Positions 52,945-64,000 of a DNA stretch of 64,000 nt are shown here, one piece after another (positions within the stretch are counted from its first letter, which is position 1; the number at the start of each line of letters is the position of its first letter). The translations under genes were made by a program, and so were the position numbers. The stretch covers positions 142,166,001-142,230,000 of the forward strand of contig NC_043000.1 of NCBI RefSeq assembly GCF_006345805.1, written 5' to 3'. This DNA is from Octopus sinensis (lineage: Eukaryota). The notes under the pieces were generated by a model. It saw only the letters and a list, made by a program, of their open reading frames with translations, was not told where the DNA came from and did not search any database.

Positions 52945-53120
52945 AAGTTTGACAACCGATGCTGGTGCTTTACGTCCCCGTAATGTAGCGCTTCGGCAGA
53001 AAAGACCTATAGAATAAGTACCAGGCTTACAAAGAATAAGTCCTGGGGTAGATATACTCGAATAAAGGCGGTGCTCCAGCATGGCCACAGTCAAATGACT
53101 GAAACAAGTAAAAGAGTGAA
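52945..53120 (+). mobile_element. SINE family A, 3' half
   Basis: TTGACAACCGATGCTGGTG...GGCGGTGCTCCAGCATGGCC...AAAAGAGT. Confidence 0.9.
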
Positions 53121-53572
53121 GTTAAACGTTACGAAGATTGTATCTTAAAGTAACGATGATGATGAAGTAACTTTAAAAAAATTTGCTTCGCTTAGTTTGC
53201 CACGATTCTGTCACAATTATAGCAACACATACAATTATCAGAGTGAATTTTGACATTAGGTATTGTAAAAACATATCAGCAAAATGAAAGTTCCTCTTTG
53301 GTAGAGAAGATCGACACAGTAAATGTACCTTTTGGATGCTTGCAAGTAAATAGTAGCCAGAAAATCGTGAGTGAAATGATGTGTGGAATTTGAGAGACAG
53401 AACATGGTTAACGAGTGAAGTGATAAATAAATAATATAGGCTGCACGAAAACACTGCACGAAAACACCTACTTCCGAAGAACAGGAACTGAACTTCTGTA
53501 GCATCGGTGGGAAAGGTAGTGTAAAAACTTAGCCCAAGGTTGAAATGTATTGTTGAGCGTTTTCTAGTCAAT

Positions 53573-53944
53573 AGGAGTGGCTGTGTGGTAAGTAGCTTGC
53601 TAACCAACCACATGGTTCTGAGTTCAGTCCCACTGCATGGCATCTTGGGAAAGTGTCTTCTGCTATAGCCCCGGGCCGACCAATGCCTTGTGAGTGGATT
53701 TCGTAGACGGAAACTGAAAGAAGCCTGTTGTACATATGTATATATATATATATGTGTATGTGTGTGTGTTTGTCCCCCTAGCATTGCTTGACAACCGATG
53801 CGGTTCGGCAAAAGAGACCGATAGAATAAGTACTGGGCTTACAAAGAATAAGTCCTTGGTCGATTTGCGCGACTAAAGGCGGTGCTCCAGCATGGCCGCA
53901 GTCAAATGACTGAAACAAGTAAAAGAGTAAAAGAGAGAGAGTAA
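53573..53944 (+). mobile_element. SINE family A, near full length
   Basis: Aligns with 11992-12406 with one internal deletion. Confidence 0.9.
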
Positions 53945-56776
53945 TCGATCAAGTGGAAGTCTTTTCTTTTGGAGGGATCTTCACTTTGTTTCTCTACATT
54001 TTTCTTTACTTTTGCTTAATATCTGAATTTTTGAAGCTTTAAACAGATGAAAATATGCCAGGTAGAACGAGAATATTTAAGAATCATTGAAAATACTTGC
54101 TTAAAATTCAAATATAAAGGGGAGATTCAAATAAGCTCTTTGTTAATAGAGTTGGATTCCTAGTAGAGAAAGGCATTTACAAAAGTCTCTACGATTATGT
54201 ATAATCACATATATAATTATGCAAGGGTGATTATTTATGAGAACCTATTGGACAATATACCATGCACAAATATGCAAAGCGATCGTAAGTTCAATGAAAA
54301 CAATTGCATTTCCAGCAGACTTTGAATTCAATATTTTCAGTTCGCTAATGGTTATTCAGGTTTGTTAATAGCACACACTAAACAGGAAATCATTCTGTTA
54401 CTTGATGCCCGCTGACCTGTCACCAGCTGCAAACAGCGTTTTGATTCAAATATAAACGTTCAGCAATACTTCCTTTTAATAATGAATCGTTTTATATGAT
54501 TCTAACAGATGCATTAGCATCTTCTTGGCCTTTATTAAAGTTTCATTGACAATATGTTTAGGAATAAATAGATAAATATATAGTATGGAGATGATGCGAT
54601 CGTTGAAAATATTTATGTGTAGAACGGCAAATGTGTGCATAACCTTCATAATATTTTAATATCCAATGTTATAATACAACGAGCGTATATTAGCCTGCCT
54701 TATAAACTTTTATATATGCGTCGCTTAACTTTGAACAAGGTCATACATTATTAGGTACTTTATATGTGTTATTCCGTTTTAGAAATCCCAAGCTTTGATA
54801 GACAAAGCACTTCAGTTTTTGTATTTTATATTGATATATGAATAAGAAAAGTTACGCTAGGATGCTGGTCTGCAATGGGAATCTACTATGAGTCATGGTG
54901 TAGCATGAATTATATCTTGCAAAACTTCCCTAATTTAGAGATCGAAGGTAACAATCATATGACACACGATCTCGTAGTCAAGTAATGATTTCATATTTTG
55001 TCACAAACCAAGATCTGGGTGTCTGATATTAATATATGGTTTCTTATATTACGTACTGAGAGTGACTGAGAATCATAGCAGATTCGATAGTTTTTAATAG
55101 GGAAGTTCAATGATATAAAGTGTTAAGTCTTGTGGTTGTGTAAGTTGTATTATTTTAGCTGTTCCTTATTGCTTTACTACGTATAGGACACATTTTTCAA
55201 CTTTATTAGTTTGGAAAAAAATGCATTTTTTTCTATTTTGGTGTTATCTTTTCTACTTAGCATGAAATAAAATTATTTTAATTGATCATTCAATTATCCT
55301 ACGAGATTTTAACAATATATAAATATAAATATAAAAAAAGCATTAATGTGTAAGTGAAGCATGTGTAATCAAGTCTTAATTTCAGCATTCTTTCAGTATA
55401 TACAGTATAGTTCATAATCTCGAAAGGTATCAAAACATATCTTTGGTCCTGGAAAAGAGTGAAATTTTATATTAACATACCCTACGAATTAACCTCCCGG
55501 GAGTTCTTTGATTGGAAAAAATCACCCATACGTCTCAAGACAAGCTATGCTAATGGCGTTAGTCTACAGCTATAACAATAGCAATTGATCCCTTTAAGAA
55601 AAGCCAAAATGGTTAGCCAAAATGTAGCGCGCATGTGGAGAGAAGATGGTGTAAAATCTTTGATGCGATATACGATAAAAATAAAGCCAGAGGGGTAATC
55701 TGGGGGCGATTTTTTAGGGTAGCATAAACATAAATATATAATTCTATATGTGCAACATGCGCAAAGATAATGAAGCGTCAGTCACCAAACAATTTCATGC
55801 AAATGATATCATGCTGAGATGAGAAAGGTAGAAAAACAACTAAAAATATCAAGTAACCGGAAGCCCAATATATTACACAACTGCCGTCAACGTCCCCAAA
55901 AATATTTTGTACATATTTTATACCCTTGGAAAGCCCACCGATAATATAAACACGATCAACTGTTGCCAGAACCGTTATTGGAAAGCAGTCACTTGACGAA
56001 AATTACACGTCAGAATTGGATGACCTCATTTACTATGTAGCAATCTGGCCAGCATTAACAAAATAATCTGTCTGCCATATGTTCAAGCTCAAGACTAAAC
56101 ACTCAATAATGCAGTTATATAATTTAATTAAAATATACACAATCACGCATATTAACGTACACACATACATATAAAGAAACATGCGTGCAGAAGTCGTCTG
56201 TATCTATTTAAACTTATGTATGGATTACTTGCACTTCATGGTTTAATGTATAGGTGGTGTTGTATTCATCAGGCAATTTTAAAATAATTATATACTATAA
56301 ATGCCCTCACTAATACAAAACAAAATTTTTGTCATTTCTTTAAATTTCTTTGGAACCATTACATATTATCCCCTAAATACACCATAAATGTTTCCGAGCG
56401 AAATCTTAATTTTATTTTTATTTCATATTTTATTACATAAAGAAATTCTAGCATATGAGCGTTATCCAGCCAACGAGATTTGAAATGTTCGGAAACCAGG
56501 GAGAATCAAATTCAGTAAATTTTATTCACGTCAATAGTCCTGCATTTTATAAATTTCTTCAGCGTTACAATTCTGATTGCTTTCTAGAGAAATAATCTTG
56601 ATAAATAAAATGAAGCTGGAGTATTCTGAATTACTTTCCACATCATGTCTGAAATCACACACACACGCAAACATGCACACACGCACACGCACATTCATGC
56701 ATGCACCAAATACACAAAAGTATAAATATACATATAAACACTCACATATATGTGTGCATATAATACATACATCACA

Positions 56777-56810
<34 letters not shown>

Positions 56811-57047
56811 GAAATATGTTACGAAAAGAAAATATAAAATACACGTGGAAATGTAAGGGTAAAATATGAAAAATCAACGAAAATGCATATTGCAAATAGA
56901 AAAAGGCTCTTTATGACAGGTAGTGACAAATATATACATTTAGATTGACTGAGGTAGTAATACGAGTCATAAAAGTCATTATTATGAGATGATTATAAGA
57001 TGATAATAAAGTAAGAGAACAAAACGAACCAGTGGTTTACGCGAAGG

Positions 57048-57097
<50 letters not shown>

Positions 57098-57287
57098 ATA
57101 TATATATATCATTATAATAATAAGGGTTTATGGCAACTAGTTGCTTAAACCACATACCGAAAATATTAGAAATAGCACTCAAAGGGCTACTATTTCTTTT
57201 ACTACAAAAATAAATCTCCACAAACAAGAGTATTTGTAACTCACATATGGTAAAAGAAGAAGAAAAACAACGAAACCACACAGTCTC

Positions 57288-57365
<78 letters not shown>

Positions 57366-57380
57366 GTGTGTGTGTGTGTG
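57048..57380. repeat. two (TA)n tracts bracketing a 180-bp insert
   Basis: Directly visible; the insert carries the GCTATTTCTA motif on the minus strand. Confidence 0.85.
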
Positions 57381-60300
57381 TATTTGTGATATACCTAAGA
57401 TTTCGCATGCATTTATATCTATGTGTGTTTGTGAGTGTTTACGTGAGTGTGTGTGCATCAAGCACCAACTTACTCTATCACCAACTATAATACTTTTTAC
57501 CCCAAGCTGACAATCATAGCCACTGCAGACAATTAGAATTATGTTATCTATATAATTCGCATGTAACCCTACACCTAATGACAATCATCGAAACATGTTT
57601 CCTACACTTCAGACATATTTCTCCATTTTTTTTTACAAAATACTTAGTATCAACAATAAAAATAAATTTACTCATAATGAAAATGATTAAATCAAAACTT
57701 TCCAAGTTACTATTAATGAAATGATAAAAAGAGAATAAAAAGAAGCACAACTATTATACATCAAATACCCTAGAAAAGCTTCTGTCACACTTCAACACAT
57801 TTCACATACCGTTTGTTATAGAAGTTAATCAATATAAACTTTACACACCGCTATACAATACACACACGCAATCACACACAATCACACACACAAACTCACA
57901 CGCACATGCACACATATGTATGTATGTATATATATACACATAAAGCATATCATTCCATATAATTAATGATATCCTATATTAATTATTCTATAACACCATA
58001 TGTATTAGATATGTCGTCAACCATTGGTTTTTATATATTTTCCATTTTAAAACAGGAACTTACATCTTATAACCAATATTTCCTTACGATCTTCCGTATA
58101 CAGATATAAAGTCGTAAATGTTTAACCGAATGACTTGCATCCATTTATCCTATTTACACTAAAGATTACATAACCAGTTTTGCTCAAACTGATCGTAGGA
58201 TTCAGTAAAGAGCAATCTACGCACGCTTAATTAGCTATGCCCACACCGTATATATTTAAGCATCTAATAGCTATTTGGACCTTCAGTTATATTACTATTG
58301 TCATCAAAGACAAGTTGATACAATATTCAGCAACAATCACTTGATATTGTTATAGATTTATTATTGTCTAGAACATTCTAACCAACAGTGAGCTTTGAGT
58401 TTCAATAGATGCTTTTCCATGTCCGTATCATTGCATGGATTTACGTTATAGTAATATCATTCTTATGTCGTGACTCACCCGTTTGAAGAATATAGTTCAG
58501 TATTTGGTTCTGTTTGACCAACTGTAGCACAAGAGGACTGTGTTCATATACCCGTTAAGTCCATTTGAACGACACTAGTAATGCAAAAGAAACAAAAGTT
58601 ACTAAGAATATAGGTCAGATGGTAATGAGTTAAGTGGATGACTCTAGCTATCTTCCACAACTTCATGGACACTTTAATTTAATCTGTGACTGGTTTCTCT
58701 ACTCGAGCATTTAAATGCACACTGTCTTTGTGTCATACTACTTGCCATAAGATTTAGATTTAGGAGAAATATGAACTGGTTAGGAAATTGAATTACTGTC
58801 CTACGAAATACTAAGGTTAATGCAAATATAGCAGAAACGTCAGTGGAATAATCATTTTCAAACTCTGTTCGACTTGAAAACAATATTTAGGAATAATCAT
58901 GCATAAAACGTTTTGTGAAATATGCCAAATGATTTTCCCAATGTTTTCCCCCTCAAATTTGGATGTGATGCTTGCGTTATGTAACCATATATAGTATAAA
59001 CTGCAGTAGATGCAGGACTGTAATTCTAAAATCTATTGACTAACATTGTGCCACCATTATAGTTTGTACTGAAAACGTCTGACATGGTGCAATCCGTCAT
59101 AGTTTACAATGAAGTGCATAAGACGGTGAGGTCCATAAATCAAAATCTACAATTTGCACGCAATTGGCTGACATACTGTATACAAATTTTATCATAATAT
59201 GCAGCATTTGATTCCTAGTCAGTGGACTCTGGGCATCTTGTGAGACATCTATCAAACAAAAGTGAACTATACACCCACTGATAGGAGCTGCACCACTGTT
59301 CTAATGCTTTCCTGCCGAACGTGTTGTAAATTACATGGTAGATACATATTTGCATGCATATATGCATATTCATACATGTATACATTCGTACATACTTGCA
59401 TATATACTTTCATATATACATACATTCACATAGACATACATCTTCATACGTATGTACATACTTAAAATAATTCATCGTCTCATAAGTATATGCTGCCTTG
59501 CATTCTATAAAAAAAGCATATGTTTCGCAATCTAGATGTCTTTCCCTTATGTTCTATCCTTTAACACTGCCGTAACTTCCAAACAGCAAAGTGAATGTTA
59601 ATCGTTGAAGTTATACTCAATGTATCGAACGTTGTTTTAGACTGATTTATACGTCTCCTTAAAATAATTTTTTCTGTTCTCTTTTGCCCTACATCTAAAA
59701 AAATTATATTACAATACTTGCTTTAAAAGAAATACGTAAATATCTTCGCGTCAAGACATCTCTTGTGTGAAACATGTTTCTTCAGGTCCACCATTGATGA
59801 ATGAAATTGCTATAAATATTTTCTCCTTTCTCCGATAAAATTACCTCCTGTGTTTTTCATTTCAAAATATGACATTCGTAAATTAGATTGCGACAGATGT
59901 CGTGTTGATATATTTATTTCCCGAAGGAGCTTCTTTGTAATTCACTTTACTTTTACTTGCAACAAATAGCAACCGCCTTCATATCCTAGCCGACTGTCTT
60001 TCAAAAATATTACATTGAGTGTAAAGAATAATGTAATCGTAGCCGTTGTACGAAAAGAAATATGCATAGTTTTGCTGGAACGTGGTTCATCCTAGCATCA
60101 CCAATCCAGAACTGACACAACAACAAAACAGCATTTTTTGTTAATAGCTTTGAGATATTTATAAACGTTTTAACTTGTGAGTCATTCATATATATATCGA
60201 GAATCTTTCGGAATTACATATTTCAAAGATTATTTCCAATCATCAAACACAGTACAAAGACATCATATTCACGTCGCTTTGAATCATTCTATGACAAGGA

Positions 60301-61639
60301 TTGATTTCAAAATTTCAAATACCATCGCATCAAATGCACCACTGACGTCATTAAGAATATTGCTATTTATATTATTATTCTTTATTTTTCTTTTAAAAAT
60401 GTCCAATGTTCTACGACGATGCGACACATTGGTTTGTTTCATATTTTGTTTCAACAATACATCATAAAGATGCTTTCATACACACTAACATAGATTTAGA
60501 TCCTTTCCAGACAGATACACATAAAGAGGAAGGGAATAAGGAAAAATTGAGAACATACCTAAATATACAACGCCATTTTCACACGTTGTATGTAACCATT
60601 AAACATGGTAATCTTGATTCTTATTTCTTAAGCTATTTATTTGATACTGTTGTGTTTTCCTATTATGTATGCCATATCCATATACAGAATAAAATCACAT
60701 ATGAAAATGATTGCAAACTAAAGCACATACACATAAAAGAACTTACTTTCTCATACGACTTTCAAACTTGCTGACTCATGAAGAATCACACAAACACTCA
60801 AACATGTATCCATATGCATGCATTCACGAGACTGAACTTATGAAAGCACATATAAGAAATCCGTCTTGATATATTTTAAGCTATTTGTTTGCCATTACCG
60901 TTCATTTTAAATACTCTGTATGAAAACCCGTCGTGATGTTTCAGCTTTGTTAAACAATGTTTATTTGCTCATACAACCAATATTACAATTTACTTTGCAT
61001 CCCAAATATTTATTGGCTTCCAGCATACTCGTTCCGTATTTGTGTATTCTGGCGCCATATCGCTTTCCATTAATCCTAAAGATTATCATTGACAATAAGG
61101 AAAACTAGCAATATTGTATTACAAACGCAGCGAGTTATAAGACAGGGAAGGCGCCAAATGTAATGCCATGCAGTGTTTACTTTTCTCCTTTTAGGTTGAT
61201 TGTTCAATCCAGTGGGGGATCTTCTTTGTCATTCATCCTTTCAGTGACGATCAGATAATTACCAATTACCAGTAATATTCTACAGTGAATCAAATAATTA
61301 TACACACACTTATAAATATTACGCCTGTACTTAGCTAATAGAAATATATATTACGTTATTTCTGTCTAACTTGAAAGAAATTAAGAGAGCATCGGATGGA
61401 ATTCTTTGTGTACGGTTTCATAGATTCAAACAGTAATGTCATATTTCAAAATTTACAGAAATTTATCATTGACATTTATATAATCCTCCAGGATGAGGAT
61501 TAAGAAAATCATGAACATAAAATTCATGTATAAATTCTGCTTTTTCGTTCGTTCCTATGTTACGCTTTATGCTGATAGACAGAAGGGGAGGCGAAATGAG
61601 AGTGACAGAAATGAAGGTTCGACAGAAAGTGACCGATAT

Positions 61640-61876
61640 AAGGCGGCGATCTGGCAGAAACGTTAGCACGACGGGCGGGATGCTTAGCGATATTTCTTCG
61701 TCTGCCTACTTTCTGAGTTCAAATTCCGCCGAGGTCGACTTTGCCTTTCATCATTTCGGGGTCGATAAATTAAGTACCAGTTACGCACTAGGGTCGATGT
61801 AATCGACATAATCCCTTTGTCTGTCCTAGTTTACCACTCTATGTTTAGCCTCTTGTGGGCAATAAAGAAATAAGAA
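61640..61876 (+). mobile_element. SINE family B, monomer
   Basis: Aligns with 29823-30055. Confidence 0.9.
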
Positions 61877-61877
61877 A

Positions 61878-62008
61878 GTGACCGATAGAAAAGGTACTAA
61901 GCGTCACTAAGTGTAAGTGTTTGGGTTGACTCATTCAGTTAAAAGTTCTGGAAAACTGTGGTACAGCATGGCTGCAGTCAAATGACTGAAGCAAATAAGA
62001 GATAAAGG
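61878..62008 (+). mobile_element. degenerate SINE family A 3' end
   Basis: GACCGATAGAA...CAGCATGGCTGCAGTCAAATGACTGAA. Confidence 0.7.
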
Positions 62009-62283
62009 ATGAATTCAAGTGCTTAGATGAAGTTAAATCACTAAAAATTACATATCACTTAAGTTATAATATAAGGAATTTACCATTGCAGTCAAATAGT
62101 TGACCGAATAGCCCGACAGAATGGCTCATCTAGAAAAAGATTAATAGGTCTCTGCAGACTCAAAGATGTTCTCTGGTGAATGAAAACCGTCCCATGTTTC
62201 AATGTGATAATTTTCAACATTCAAAGAAATATATAAATGTGTAGGAGTGATTATATACAATTATTTAAATAGGAGGTATACAT

Positions 62284-62712
62284 AGGCGTAGGAGTGGCTG
62301 TGTGGTAAGTAGCTTGCTTACGAACCACATGGTTCCGGGTTCAGTCCCACTGCGTGACACCTTGGGAAAGTGTCTTCTACTATAGCCTTGGGCCGACGAA
62401 AGCCTTGTGACTGGATTTGGTAGACGGAAACTGAAAGAAGCCCGTCGTATATATATATATATATACATACATATATATATGTATGTTTATATGTTTGTGT
62501 GTCTGTGTTTGTCCCCCCCCCAACATCGCTTGACAATCGATGCAGGTGTGTTTACGTCCCCGTAACTTAGCGGTTCGGCAAAAGAGACCGATAGAATAAG
62601 TACTAGGCTTACAAAGAATAAGTCCTGGGGTCGATTTGCTCGACTAAAAAGGTGGTGCTCCAGCATGGCCACAGTCAAATGACTGAAAGAAGTAAAAGAG
62701 TTAAAGAGTAAA
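62284..62712 (+). mobile_element. SINE family A, full length
   Basis: Aligns with 11992-12406. Confidence 0.9.
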
Positions 62713-63785
62713 CAGATATAAACAAAAAATAATACTTAATTGTAAAGGAAATACGTAACTTTATATTTTAACATTAAAGAAGATACAACTGATTTCAGAT
62801 GGCCATTATGAATATCCGAGAAAAACGAAAGAAAGATTGTTTTCAAACAGCTAAATTTTCTGATGAGCTTAGTGGTACATTGGTAGTTTAATAAATAGGC
62901 AGCTTGAACACACATTTTCAGCAAAAGAATTTTCATTTCAGAATATTGCAACGAATGAATTTTATAAACGCATTTATTTTAAAACAGAGTTAGAATAAGC
63001 GAACCATTCATAGTAGACATATACTGAAGCTTATTTACCATCAGCAACTTTTAAAAATCATTTGGAGCACACATCGATCTCAGGAAAGAATATTTAATAG
63101 CGGGATGTGTAGGGAACCAAGCGTCATTGTTCCTCTCTTCAACTCCCCTACTTACCTCTGAAAAGGCTATAACAAGTACATTCTAGACAGTGAATATATT
63201 AGCATGATGTTCTCTGTTCACACTGTATCAAATTAAGCGGCAGTTTCATCCAAGATCACGAAAATGGATTGGACAGGCTCCAAGCATTCAAAACATTTAT
63301 TAAAAGCTTATTGCTATTATATTTACTTGAAGATCAATTTATTTTTTAAATCTGAAAAGAAAGCAATTTTTATTGCGCTGGTTCAAATAAACTATTTTAT
63401 GAAAATATTTTTTTACATTTTAATTTAACAAATTTAAATATTATTAGAAAATACAGTATTTTCTTGAATAATTTCCTATCCACTTTTCGTTATGATTAAA
63501 GAAATATAATTGAATTTGCTCAAAAAATTTAATACAATAAAACTCTTGAATTGAACATATTTTTATGAAATCATGCGCACGCACACACGGACACACACAC
63601 ACACACTTAGGTATGTACATGCGTATAAAAATGCCATACATATACACGTACATTCATGTGTATGTGCAGTTGTTTTCAATATCTTCCGTACATATCTGCA
63701 TATTCAATCCAAATAAAGTATTTGACAAGTGCACGTCCGTTTACGTGAAAATGGGACGAGGAAGCTTGTGGAGGAATAATCATAT

Positions 63786-64000
63786 ACTCTTTACTCTTTT
63801 ACTCTTTTACTTGTTTCAGTCATTTGACTGTGGCCATGCTGGAGCACCGCCTTTAGTCGGGTAAATAGACCCCAGGACTTATCCTTTGTAAGCCTAGTAC
63901 TTATTCTATCGGTCTCTTTTGCCGAACCGCTAAGTTACAGGGACGTAAACACACCAGCATCGGTTGTCAAGCGATGTGGGGGGGGGGGCAAACATAGACA
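63786..64000 (-). mobile_element. SINE family A 3' half, runs off the window
   Basis: Reverse complement of about 62500-62710. Confidence 0.9.

Noticed and set aside
53173-53811. Longest ORF (212 aa)
   Set aside because: Antisense read-through of a SINE into low-complexity flank; no domain recognised.
61195-61275. Exon after TTTTCTCCTTTTAG
   Set aside because: The sequence is a decayed SINE family B core.

Overview
An AT-rich, microsatellite-saturated eukaryotic non-coding window. Its repeat repertoire resembles octopus/coleoid cephalopod genomes (inference from recall, not a database hit). I find no intact protein-coding gene, rRNA, true tRNA or CRISPR array. Almost all long ORFs in the track are translated microsatellites or decayed transposon fragments. 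Recognisable content: three tRNA-derived SINE families (many copies), Dong/R4-like RLE LINE fragments nested in (AAT)n tracts together with a 555-bp non-coding companion element, Tx1/L1 and RTE fragments, two kinds of Penelope-like element (PLE) remnants, Tc1 and mariner remnants, non-autonomous Helitrons, and a hAT-type MITE interrupted by a solo LTR. The most interesting signal is a diverged family of about 0.5-kb non-coding elements. They carry type I hammerhead ribozyme motifs with covarying stems, a palindromic stem III, an atypical U-U pair closing stem II, an upstream TATA-like box and a shared 3' motif plus hairpin. One copy has a 40-bp terminal direct repeat, two copies are circularly permuted relative to each other, one is folded back into a 340-bp palindrome, and most end at (TA)n. 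This looks like a retrozyme-like or PLE-dependent system. Ribozyme activity and novelty are untested.
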